A stretch of 64,000 bases of DNA from Octopus vulgaris. Lineage: Eukaryota. The stretch is taken from NCBI GenBank assembly GCA_951406725.2, contig OX597827.1:30442001-30506000 (forward strand), in the 5' to 3' direction. A program made the position numbers and the translations under genes. Shown here in pieces: positions 25,262-36,892 of this stretch (its first letter is position 1; every line of letters begins with the position of its first letter). The notes below the pieces were generated by a model. It saw only the letters and a list, made by a program, of their open reading frames with translations. It had not been told where the DNA came from and ran no database searches.

Positions 25262-28200
25262 ATTTCTATCCACTTTCAATAATTTTTAATGTTTTGGCTT
25301 CCTCGCCACAGTCTTCCATCTTCTCATGAATCTGTCTCGTGACAGGTACCTTTTCTCTAGCCTGATCTTATTACTGAGGTGGTAACTAAAAAAGTTAATC
25401 AACCCCTGGCCTGATATAAAGGTACCCGACACTACACCTCTCACACGTTTCTTTCAGTATGGCTACTACGCAGAAAAAGCAAGCCTTCCTTTCCCTGTTA
25501 AGGGAAGGAGGCGGCACAATCTCGATGATAGATTCGGTTGATAGCTGTACTCTTTCCATCGATGACAACAGTTGCTCTGCGAAAACTATCAGTCCCATTA
25601 ATTCCGGACACTCCACAAATGCGTGCAAAACGGTTTCCCTGTCCTGCCCGCACCTCGGACATGGCGAGACAGCACTTCTGTGCCTTGACAGTTTATCACA
25701 AACAGGTAACGCCGCACGGAAGCACTGCCAAGCCAGAGATTTCTGGTAATTGTCCAGATACCCCGGCCCAAAAGTTCTCCGGAACAGGTTGATTAACTGA
25801 TTTTCATCGTAGCCCAGGGTCTCCCCCAAGGCGTCTTCGGACTTAACCTCCACTAATCCACAATAGAAATCCGTGGTGGAACTCTTGTTGCCGGCATTGC
25901 CAGCCCGAAAGAGTAGCTGAAGTGCCTGGCGGCACTCCAGTCCCCCAGCCTAGGTCTCCACTTGATCCAATTACCAATGTCCGTTAAGGACGTTAATTGC
26001 GGAAGGTAGAACCGAACATGTGGTGACCATACCTGCTCTCCATCCAGGTAAAGCCAGAGGTACCTCAACCTTAACGCGAATTTTCGCATCCTCAGCCAAG
26101 GCAACCCTAGCCCACTCTTTAGCGGTTCCTGGCAGCAGACAGAGAGCTTCACGAGTGGCTTTCCTCCCTTCCACAAAAAGTGGAAAAGGATTCTCTCCAA
26201 CTTATTCAGCCACAAATCGGGGCAAGGCACCACGGTCAGACAGTAGGTGATAACCGATACTGTAAACATCAGCACCACCCCCGCTTTTCCTAGCAAGGAT
26301 AACGCCTGCCCAGACCAGGTCTGGGTTAGAGCAGTCACCTTACTGGCCACCGCACTCCAATTTTTCTCTATCTGGAGATCTGGCCTGAACCAGACTCCAA
26401 GCAGCTTAACAGGACCTTCTGTCCAATGCCCCACGACGTTATTGGACAGCATCGGCTTGCCCCTCCAGGTGCCGAGCTGCAAACCAATTGACTTGTCCTT
26501 GTTAACCTTTGCTCCTGCCACTGCCTCGTAACTTTTGATAGCCTCTTCCACCACTGGAAGCTGGCCCGCATCCGCCACGATGATGATGTCATCTGCATAC
26601 ACCGTAGCTCCTCTTCCACACCATAGATCATGCGGTGTGCCCCCTAGTGCCTCCAACTTCCGCAATAACGGCTCGAGAGCCAGTACATACAAAAGCGGGG
26701 ACAGGGGACACCCCTGACGCACTGAGCGTTCGATCCTGAATGGCTTCGAAAGGAAACCATTTACTTTTACGACAGACTCAATGTCGCTGTACAACACAGC
26801 AATCCAACCGCCTTAGACTGGTCGAAATGTACCAGTGCCCCCCCCCCTCTGCACCAGAAAGCTTCCCCACCCTCTCTAATTCTGGCCTTATCTAGTCTTA
26901 GCTGACTCAAAACGAATGGCTCTCTTCAGGGTGAACCACTATCGGTTATTAACCACCGCACCGGTTAACGTCCTCTGTACTAATTCCTCAATCCGGCTAC
27001 AGTATGCCTCGCAAGTCAAAATAGACTTGTTCAGCTTCCAGTAGCCAGATCCTCTCTTAACTGTACTATCTATGTCCAGTCTACACTTAACTATTCTATG
27101 GTCAGTGTATGCTACTTGGACAAGCTGTGGACAGCTAAAACTAGACTTATTTCCAGTTCTTATCACTATCCTATCTAAATAGGACTTGAACCTTCCGTCA
27201 CCACTCATCCAGGTCTACTCTGGGACGTTCGGATGGTCAAGTCTGTAACGATCTGCCAGCTGAAACCGCTTGAGTAGATCCACGAAATGTGAGTTTACTT
27301 TCCTATAGATCGAACCAATGCTATCGATGCGCGCATCAACAATAGCGTTACAGTCACCTAACACCACTAATGTCTTCGACGTCACGAGAAAGTTCTCTAG
27401 GCGCCGATAAAAATCAGTTTGAAATCCCGATCAACCTGAAGGCCTTACTGCTGTATGTCACATCAAGGACGACCAGCCCACCTTCTGAGTCTACATAGAC
27501 TGTACTTGTCTGCAGAGCCAAGCCTTTTCGAACGAGTACTACTACACCCCCTCACCCTCCGGTCCGGCTAGGAGACATGATTTTCTCATAGTCATTCAGG
27601 AGGGGCGAGAAGGCTTGTAGACTGTCCAGCGTGATCTCTGTAGCAACCATCACATGCATATCGTGTGATCTGAGGTCGTCGAGGAAACAAGCTTGCTTCC
27701 ACTTCGAGCTCAGACCACGCACATTCAAACACCCATGGTTAAGTGCAGTCATTTAAAACAAAAGAAAAGCAAGGGTTCTACTTACTCTTTGTTTTTTTTT
27801 CTTTTATTGGTGATGCTGGGGCTGACCCCACCACATGTGGGGCAGTCCTTTCCTCATGCTCATTCAAAATCTCCCTCAAATACCGCGGAAGGTCCAGGAT
27901 GTTCGTGATGGTCCTCGGATGCCTACCCTTCATTTCTTTATACAGTTTTTCCGATATCTACGCACATCTCTCTTCCGTGCCTTCGGGCTGCTGCAACAGC
28001 TCTGCGGTGTGGTGCTTTTTTAAAATGTCCGTAATATATTTATCCCTGGTATCAAACTTTACCAGGGTTTTTGTTTCGTCTTTGTTCTTTTTTATTTTTT
28101 CTTCTGGGACAGTGGAGCGGTATCTTTTTTTCTCTGCGGTGTGCTGTTTTTCTTCTTTTTTCTTTGTGGGGGATATGGATGGGGAAGGTGCAAGTGTTCG

Positions 28201-28754
28201 CTTTTTTCTAGGTGTCTTGAACTCCCCCTCGGTCACGTCCATGGTGTCCTCCAGAGGAGTTGCTACTTCAGAGGGGGTGGGTGTATTTGTTTCTGTCGGG
28301 ACCGATGTGTGCATGGCCTAGGGTTTTTGAGTGTTTTGTTTGGGAGCGGGTGTCACAGATGGTGGGGTGGGAGTATTTGTTTCTGTGGGGGCTAATTTGT
28401 GCGCGGGTTTGAGGTCTTGTTCTGTAGTTGAAGGGCCTGATGTCTGCGCACTTATTTTCTTTTTTTTTTCCATATTTCTCAGTCTACACGAATGTGGCCT
28501 TTTTTGCCACATTCGAAACACGTAGGCTTTTTGCCCTCTACTTGAATCTTGAGGGCAATATCTTCCCCCAAGAGTACTCTTTCTGGCAACATCTCGATGT
28601 CGTGTTGCGTTCCTTGAATAATCGCAGAGATGCTCTGCTCTTGCCAATTTTGTGGGGCAGTGCATGTAATTTGGAGGAAAGTGATTTTGTCCATCCTGTT
28701 ATACAACAGGGCGGCCATCACCTTGCTTGCCTCAATTTCTGGTGGTACGTCGTT
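25262..28754 (-). mobile_element. Tx1/L1-clade LINE, decayed and internally deleted
   Basis: ORF1 CCHC CFECGKKGHIRVD. APE endonuclease LNVRGL, SYLDRI, TDHR, GYWKLN. RT VRQGCPLSPLLY, YADD. C-terminal CPRC...ETVLHAFVEC. The 5' end is cut by the MITE at 28755. Confidence 0.92.
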
Positions 28755-29574
28755 GGATCTTTTCCTTTTGAACGGCACATGTCAACACAATTTCTAGTTA
28801 ACTAAACACTTTTAAACTTCGTATACTGGTAGAATGTGTTTATAAAACATCATTTTTTCTTGGTTTTATTGAGAAAATTCTATAGTTGTAACATATTTCC
28901 ACTTTAATTTCAAGCATTTCAGCAATTTTAACCAATCACTGGAGTCCATTTTGGTAAACAACATTCCATGCTGTATGAATATGTCCCTCGTTTAAGAAAC
29001 AGATTGGGTTTATTTACATTTGTGAAGAAAAAAGATACCTTTCCCCCACCCCTAACCCTAACCCTAACTCTAACCCTAACTCTCACCCTAAATCTAAAAT
29101 AGATTGAAATGCAATAGATCAATACTAGGGCCATAATTATGGGTGACAATTTCATACGACACCGCTATGGAAAATGGGATTTTTTTCTAGCGGTGTCAAA
29201 TGAAAATGTCACCCATAATTATGGCCCTAGTATCGATCTATTGCATTTCAATCTATTTTAGATTTAGGGTTAGGGGTTGGGGAAGGGTATCGTTTTTTCT
29301 TCACAAATGTAAATAAACCCAATCTGTTTCTTAAAGGAGGGACATATTCATACAACACGGAATGTTGTTTACCTAAATGGACTCCATCGATTGATTAAAA
29401 TTGCCGAAATGCTCGAAATTTCAGACGAAATATCTTACAACCTATAGAATTTTCTCAATAAAGCCAAGAAAAAAAATGATGTTTTATAAACACATTCTAC
29501 CAGTATACAAACTTTAAAAGTGTTTAGTTAACTAGAAATTATGTTATAAAGTGCCGTTCAAAAGGAAAAGATCC
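28755..29574. mobile_element. Head-to-head dimer of the GGATC-TIR MITE (820-bp foldback)
   Basis: 28755-29167 and about 29187-29574 are inverted copies, both ending outward in GGATCTTTTCCTTTTGAACGGCAC. Contains telomere-like CCCTAA repeats. Confidence 0.85.
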
Positions 29575-29923
29575 ACAAAGTCCACTAAGCCGTCAGAAAA
29601 ATACAACAAACACCTACCTGTAGTTGAGCCTCAAAGTTCAATATTTCATGACGAAAGACGTGACATCAAGCAGCTGAAAAAAAGACGTCCGTCTACGACA
29701 AGTGTAAGCAAGCTACTTACCACACAACCACTCTTACATTTTCATTACATTTTTCACCCTTATAAATTAAAAATGTTCAGAATCGTTAAAGAGAGAATGT
29801 CTTGTAGTATTTGTTCCATTTATTTACACTCCAAATTCAAATCCTGCCAAGATCAATTTGCCTTTCATCACTACCGGAGTGGATAAAAATAAATAGATAA
29901 ATGAATAAAGTACTAGCCGAACA

Positions 29924-30913
29924 GGATCTTTTCTTTTTGATGGACGGAATGTTCTAGTTAACTAAAAAATTTGAAACTTCGTATACTGGTAGAATGTGTC
30001 AAAAGAAAACATTATTGTAAACAAAATTGAAAACAAAATTGTAATTCATAACTTTAACGTAGTTTAATTCTTCGAATTTTAACCAATGAAATCCCAGCAT
30101 TTGAGCATAAATCATTTACTGCGTTATCGATATTGATAAACAATCATAGCAGATGCACGACACACACACACACTCTGTCACTCTCTCTCTCTCTCAAACA
30201 CATGCATATACATTTGCACAAGCACATAGTAATTAATATATAAGCGTACACACACATACAAACGGAGATATACATACACACACATACGCACACAAGCATA
30301 CATACATGTTCGTGAGTTGCCCCTTGCCGCAACAAATTTGCACAAAAGGTAAATAAACCAAATGGGGGGGGGTGTCAATGTTTCATCGTTTCAGGGTCGA
30401 TAAATTAAGTACCAATTACGCACTGGTGTCGTTCGCAAATTTTTACAATACGACTCACACTCCACGCACAAACTCTAGACCGCTTTAGGCATATTATCGT
30501 TTTGTTTTTGTTGTTTCTGGCCCTTCAAAACCATGGGAGAAGCCTTTTCGGTAAAAAAAAATAAAGAAAATATTCAAAAAATATCGTTAATATTTTTATT
30601 GGGCGACAAAATTCATCAATTTAAGAGATATAGCTGTTATTTCTAGCACATGTAGAAGACAGAAGACAGAGAAGGATGAACAAGACGTGTGTGTGTGTGT
30701 GTGAGTTTTTAGACGCAGCAAATGGTTTGAGCTCGAATGCTAAGATTTCATTGGTTAAAATTCGAAGAATTAAACTACGTTAAAGTTACGAATTACAATT
30801 TTGTTCTCAATTTTGTTTACAATAATGTTTTCTTTTGACACATTCTACAAGTATACAAAGTTTCAAATTGTTTAGTTAACTAGAAAATTCTGTCCATCAA
30901 AAAGAAAAGATCC
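29924..30913. mobile_element. GGATC-TIR family element with ~200-bp TIRs
   Basis: 29924-30125 is inverted relative to 30713-30913. Both ends read GGATCTTTTCTTTTTGATGGAC. Confidence 0.85.
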
Positions 30914-30933
30914 CGAATATCTTGTAATAACTA

Positions 30934-31207
30934 CAGTAATACCTTGATATACGAGTTGATTTGTTCCCAAAGATCGCTTGTAAAGAGAAAACTCGTAAAA
31001 CAGCAACAATTTCATATAGTAGCAATGAAACTTCTTGCCGACATTTTACTCCGTCGCTGTGCTGACGCGTCAGAACCAGTGTTGCCATATGTTGCGACGT
31101 TGTCATACACACAAGATGATTGTTTAACCTTTTTATATATACTATAAAATAAAACTCGTAAACCCGGGGTCTGGTAAAGTAGATCCTCGTAAAGTGAGGT
31201 ATTGCTG
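30934..31207. mobile_element. Tigger/pogo-type MITE
   Basis: TA-CAGTAATACCT...AGGTATTGCTG-TA ends with repeated subterminal CTCGTAAA. Confidence 0.7.
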
Positions 31208-31239
31208 TATATTAATTTTCGAAGTTGTAGAAGTAATAT

Positions 31240-31460
31240 AAAGAAGGCCATGAAAGTTGGTTATGGAGGCAGCAGGTTGCCTCAAGGTGGTTATGGTCAA
31301 AAGATGTGGCCCCTGAAAAGTGTTATGCTTCTTGGAGTAATGGTTAAGGGGACACAAGTTGAGGTTTGCTCAACCTCGGCTGGGTCGCCTGGCTGAGGGT
31401 GTCTAATTGTTGAAAGACTCGAGATACCCCATGACCCCAGGAAACATCACAATAATGCAT
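31240..31460 (+). mobile_element. HERO-like non-LTR retrotransposon 3' end
   Basis: Relic of EAA..ASRWLW.KR followed by a GGCTGGGTCGCCTGG..GAGGGTGTC...ATGACCCCAGG..ACATCAC 3' UTR. Family assignment is from memory. Confidence 0.55.
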
Positions 31461-31824
31461 AGAAAAATTATACCGTTCTGATTCCTAATTAAGGCACAAG
31501 TCCAGCAGTTTTAGGAGAAGGGTTTAGTCGATTCGATCGATCCCAGTGCTCGGCGGATCTGGCGGATCTTGTCCATCAAAAAGAAAAGATCCGATATTCG
31601 AGTTCTTTATTAATATACTATTTCTAGCATATGCACAAGACCTGAAATTTTGGAGGCAGCTTGCCGATTATATCAACATAGTAGTTGACTGGTTGGTACT
31701 TAATTTTATTGGTCTCCGAAAGGGTAAAAGCAAAGCTGACTTCGGTACGATTTAAAATCAGAACGCAAAGAACTGTAACAAATACATTTTTTCCGACACT
31801 AACGAATTTACAGTTCTATATTTA

Positions 31825-32170
31825 GAGGAATTATGTACATTATTTACATTTGACGGATATTTGTCCTCATCTTGTTTGTTGTTAACACAACTTTTGGATC
31901 TTTTCCTTTTGAACGGCACATGTCAACACAATTTCTAGTTAACTAAACACTTTTAAACTTCGTATACTGGTAGAATGTGTTTATAAAACATCATTTTTTC
32001 TTGGCTTTATTGAGAAAATTCTATATGTTATAAGATATTTCCACTTTAATTTCAAGCATTTCGGCAATTTTAAAAAGGAAAAGATCCCAACTTTTCGGCT
32101 GATATACCCTCCAGCCTTCATGAGGTGTCTTAGGGAAATTTCGAACTTGGGTTCTCATTCCTAAGGTATT
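31825..32170 (-). mobile_element. Penelope-derived hammerhead-bearing repeat, interrupted by a MITE
   Basis: Minus strand GACAC-CTCATGA-A-GGCTG..CAGCC-GAAA-[MITE]-..GTGTT. Same family as 18361-18490. Confidence 0.65.
31896..32087. mobile_element. Short GGATC-TIR MITE with a perfect 8-bp TSD
   Basis: CAACTTTT-GGATCTTTTCCTTTT...AAAAGGAAAAGATCC-CAACTTTT. Confidence 0.88.
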
Positions 32171-32171
32171 T

Positions 32172-33137
32172 GGACCTTTTCGGTCTGAACGGCAGTTTTT
32201 TCTAGCGGTGACATATGAAATTGTCACCCATAATTATGACCCTAGTATCGATCTATTGCATTTTAATCTCTTTTTTTGGAGTAGGGGTGTGGGAAGGGTA
32301 TCTTTTTTTCTTCACAAATGTAAATAAACCTAATCTGTTTCTTAAACGAGGGACATATTCATACGGCACAGAATGTTTTTTACCTCAATAGACGTCAGTG
32401 ATTGGTTAAAATTGCAGAAATTGAAGAAAAAAACAATAGAATTTTCTCAATAAAGCCAAGAGAAAAAGATGTTTTATAAACACATTCTAGATACTACTAG
32501 CGAAGACTGGACCCGGTGCGCGCCCACGCGCAATCGCATGTCCGCGCTAGCTAGTCGTAAGTAGTCGATCCTACAACGACTTGCGCGTATGCAAATGAGT
32601 TGAAGACAACTAATGGTTCTAATTAATGATCAACACAAGGGGGGTGGGGGTTTAGTGTCCAGTCTTCGCTAGTAGTACCGAAACAAAATATCCTTAAGAT
32701 GATAAGGAATGGAAAGTTGATATCGATTGATGGATTTGATAAGATGAAGATATTTTAGTAACAGTTCATTACACGTGTGTATCCGTGTGTAAGAATGTCT
32801 AAGCGAGAGAGGACAGCATATTACAGCATTCCATGAAGGGTTTTGTTTTTTGGGGTTTGTTTTGATGTTTTCTTGTTTGTTTATTTACACTGAACCTGCC
32901 ACCCCCCTTGTGTTGATCATTAATTAGACCCATTGGTTGTCTTCAACTCATTTGAATACGCACAAGTCGTTGTAGGATCGACTACTTACGACTAGCTAGC
33001 GCGGACACGCGACTGTGCGTGGGCGCGCACCGGGTCCAGTCTTCGCTAGTAGTACCCACATTCTACCAGTATACCAAGATTAACATTTTTTAGTTACCTA
33101 GAAATTATGTTAAAAACTGCCGTTCAAACCGAAAAGA
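32172..33137. mobile_element. GGATC-TIR MITE (reverse orientation) hosting a nested element
   Basis: Matches 18582-19002 in reverse once 32490-33056 is removed. Confidence 0.8.
32490..33056. mobile_element. Nested GC-rich long-TIR MITE with 9-bp TSD (Mutator- or Merlin-like)
   Basis: TSD CACATTCTA on both sides and ~165-bp TIRs G(G/A)TACTACTAGCGAAGACTGGACCCGGTGCGCGCCC. An extra internal terminus lies at 32657-32679. Confidence 0.88.
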
Positions 33138-33489
33138 AACATGTTAACAAAAGGAAACGTAATACATCAAAATGTATGTTGTGTGTGTATGTATGTGTGT
33201 GCGAGTGAGAGAAACAGAGAGAAATGTGCATATTTTTACACACATGTGTGTATCAGTGAGTAAGTATGTGTGTGTAATAAAGCACGTGCGTGTTTTCTCA
33301 ATTCAAAACAGCGTCTGGTTTAGGATTTTCTGAGTTGATTTTCGTCAACTGTCAGTAGGTGAGAGTGGCGGGTTTTCTTAAAGTCCCCGACCCTACAGGG
33401 TGGGGAAAAAGTGATTGTCATCTTCATCACTTCCTCAACTACCATAAGAGTTTATATACTCTGATGGTGATTTCTTACTGTATCCTGTA

Positions 33490-33499
33490 ATGTCAGCAG
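33490..33499 (+). CDS. FANK1: FANK1-like paralog B, coding exon 1 (ATG TCA GCA G)
   Basis: ATG followed by a strong CAG|GTAAGT donor. Phase 1 joins the exon at 34941 in frame (MSAGKTEIS...). Confidence 0.65.
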
Positions 33500-34940
33500 G
33501 TAAGTCGTCTGTGTATGTATGAATGTGTGTGTATTTAGATTCTTTATATTTAATTAGTAGTTCTCTCAAAAGAGAAAATTGTGTAATGTGTTTATAATTA
33601 TTTAGGTTTATTTTCCATTTTTGTGAACGAGGCTGTTATAAAAATAGCAGCAAAATCTCCTTCAAATCGCATCTAATTGTCTTGAAAGGAGGAGGGACAT
33701 TGTGTAATGCCGTCATGGATAAACTCTTGTAAAACGACGAATATTCACGATTGGATGCTTTTACTCTTTACTATTAGGACACTTTACCATTAGGACATTT
33801 GACAGAGAAATCTAAGCGATAAAGCGTTAATGGAACCCCTGGACGTAAAAATCAGGGAAATTAAACCAAAAATTAAATGCACCAAATTTCGTTTACATCA
33901 AATAATACAACGTAACAGAAAAAAACATTAATATATCTCTTTATCTTCTCCTTTTTGAACTTCACTATCACCTTATTTTCTTGAATCAGTGTAAAAACTT
34001 CTACATAGTTCCTCAACCTGCCTGTTATAGCTGCCAAATCTCACCTTTGATCATAAATCTAAGGTGCAAATCTAGAAATTAAAACAACGTATTTCTTTGG
34101 TTTACATAGACACTTGAAGGCATGCCATTTTTCCTCCTGATCTTCAAACACTACCATCATAAACAAGCTGAGTGATCCAGCATGACCATAACTAATTAGC
34201 TGAAAAGAAAATTATACAGTATTTTTCAGAAAATACTGCCGCATATTTCCAAAGATCAGGGTAGAGTCGTGTGTAATCGACCCTCGTACATCAGTGCTCC
34301 TAACCCAACGTCAGTAAATTAGGTACTTGTGCACCAGTGACATCAATACAAAGTTTATAGTGTCGTTCCATTGTCAGATCATTCTTTAAAAGGCAGCAAG
34401 TAGCAGAATTGTTAAAGTGTCAGAAAATACCTTCCAGTATTTCTTCCAGCTTTTCTACATTCTGAGCTGAAGTCTCGCCCAGGTCAACTTTTGCCTTTCA
34501 TCTTTTTGGTGGCTGGGGTCAATAAAATAAAGTACCAATCAAGTAATGTAGTTGACTGTATTGACTGACTTTCTTAAATTTTCTGGCCTTGTACCTAAAT
34601 TAGAAACGATATTAGTACCAATTCTGAAGATGCTGACTTTGTCATTTAACCCTTTAGAATTGATAAAACATGTGTCAAGTGAGAAAGATCCATGCTCTAA
34701 TTTGAATATTTCTTACAACAAGCATTCACGCTGGGTCTCTTGTCTAAGAATAATTTCCACTTATGAGTCTTAGAGGTTCTGAAAACATGGGCATTGTTCT
34801 TTCTCTTCTGACCAATACTCCAAAAAACAAAAATGCAATTATCCATACCTTTTTCCTACTAAATAGTGGGACTTCTCTGATAATATAAGAAATCCTAACA
34901 ACTTTTTTTGTTTTTGTTAATTTCTATTTTTTCTTGTCAG

Positions 34941-35124
34941 GGAAAACTGAAATCTCAGAGGTCGAAGTGATTGATAAAAGCCATTCTACTGTGCATCTTG
35001 ACTGGTCTTCTTCTCTACTCCAATACAACTACAGCATTCTAAATTACACTGACAGGGTCTACGCAATCTTACAGCAAACAGTAGGGAGCTGCGAAGATGA
35101 GACTAAATGGAATGATGTATATAT
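34941..35124 (+). CDS. FANK1: FANK1-like paralog B, exon 2 (FN3 domain N-half)
   Basis: TTCTTGTCAG acceptor and GTATGT donor. Encodes KTEISEVEVIDKSHSTVHLDW...KWNDVY, an FN3 strand pattern like FANK1 VTHHSIELYW...IIY. Confidence 0.8.
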
Positions 35125-35352
35125 GTATGTACGCCTACGTCATAATTTGCCTAGTAAAGAAAATAACTATCAAGATTTCATTTCTCTGAAAATGGATTTT
35201 GTTGTTTAACTCCAGGTCATCTCTAATCCAGCAGACCTTTGATCAAAGATGTTCCAGCCGCAGCCAATCTCTTTTTTTTTTTGTCTTTGTTTTCATTTCC
35301 TTTTAAACATATTGTATTTAGGGCCACATTATTCAATGTGCTGCTTTATTCA

Positions 35353-36892
35353 GCATACACCCACGGGTTATCAAAGCATACACCCACGGGTTATCAAAGC
35401 GTTGGCTCCGGTCATCTGCGAGCCCTTAACACGTCTATTCAATATGTCATTGGCGACGGGTGTTATACCTGCAGACTGGAGAACAGCGATAATCTGCCCA
35501 ATTTTCAAGAAAGGGAGCCGCAAAGACCCGCTTAACTACCGACCGGTTTCCCTTACATCAATAATCAGCAAGATGTTCGAAACCATCCTTAAGAAAAGTA
35601 TGATGCTCCACCTCCAAAACACAGCCTCTATCTCTGATTCCCAACACGGCTTCGTGCCGAAGAGATCATGCTTGACCAACTTACTGGTAATGGAAGAATT
35701 GGTGACGCGCATCCTCGATGATAGTGATGCTGTTGACATCGTTTTATTGGACTTTGCCAAAGCTTTTGACTCGGTAAACCACCGCCTATTACTTGTCAAG
35801 CTTCAAGCATATAGTTTCCATCCAGATATTGTACGATGGGTTGGTGCCTTCCTCTCAGATCGCTCCTTCCAAGTCCAAGTTAATGGTTCGCGGTCCGACG
35901 TCTCCAGTGCGAGCAGTGGCGTGCCTCAAGGTTCAGTGCTTGGGCCCTTGTTGTTCTTAGTCTTCATAAATGACTTGCCCGACGACCTCACGTAACACAC
36001 CCTTCTATTTGCCAACGATATCAAACTGGTCGCTCTTCGCGGTGATATAGAGGATCTTCGTCGATGCCTCCACCAAATTTGGAAGTGGTCTAACGAATGG
36101 GACCTGTGTCTGAATGTGTCAAAGTGCTGTCATCTGCCTGTTGGCTCTCCTCCTGCAACTCAACTTGATTTCGAGCCGGGTCGTCTGCTGCTGGAGAGGA
36201 CCGATCAGGTAAAGGACCTGGGTATCTTGGTGGATTCCTCCTTTTCGCCTTCGGCCCAGTGCGTCCATGCTGCCAACAAAGCACGCGGAATTCTGTTCTT
36301 GATTCGACAGTCATTCGGAATGCTCACAGCAGCCATATTCCTACCACTCTATGTCACGCTGGTGAGACCCATATTGGAGTACGGGATTCAAGCCTCTTCT
36401 CCTTATCTCCTCAAAGACATACAGCATCTCGAAAGAGTCCAGAAGCTGGCTACCCGCATGGTTCATGGTCTCAAAAATTTGTCCTATGAAGAAAGGCTGA
36501 GGACGCTCGACCATTATTCTCTTGAAAAACGCCGCCGCCGTGGTGATCTCATTCTCGCCCACAACATCGTAAGCGGAAAGTGTAACCTCTCAAAAGAGCT
36601 GTTCTTCACTCCTGCTCCAGAGCGTTGGCTGCGGGGTCATTCCGAAAAGCTCTACCTGCGACGATTTCATCTCAATCGAAGGAGAGGAGCTTTCTCCATC
36701 CGGGTTGCGGATCCGTGGAACAAGCTGCCAGATGAGATGGTAAAGATGCCGACGACCGCTTTGTTCAAAGCCTCCCTTGACCTCAAGTGGCCTGAACTCT
36801 TTACATGAACACCACCCTGTACTTAACTCCATGTCCCCCTACATGGCCTTGCTATTTGCTTTTGAGCCAAATTAACTAACTAACTAACTAAC
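35353..36892 (+). mobile_element. 5'-truncated CR1-clade LINE in FANK1-B intron 2
   Basis: NYRPVSLTS, QHGF, DFAKAFDSV, GVPQGSVLGP, a stop at 35993, catalytic FADD changed to FAND, a C-terminal LEKRRRRGDL and a (TAAC)n tail. 24-bp tandem duplication at the 5' junction. Confidence 0.93.

Noticed and set aside
28479-29886. Two ORFs starting MPFKRKRS (NLS-like)
   Set aside because: The shared N-terminus is just the MITE TIR read outward from a GTG. The first is fused by chance to LINE ORF1.
33330-33352. GTTG...CAAC as an RFX X-box for a ciliary gene
   Set aside because: Spacing and central bases do not fit the X-box consensus well enough.
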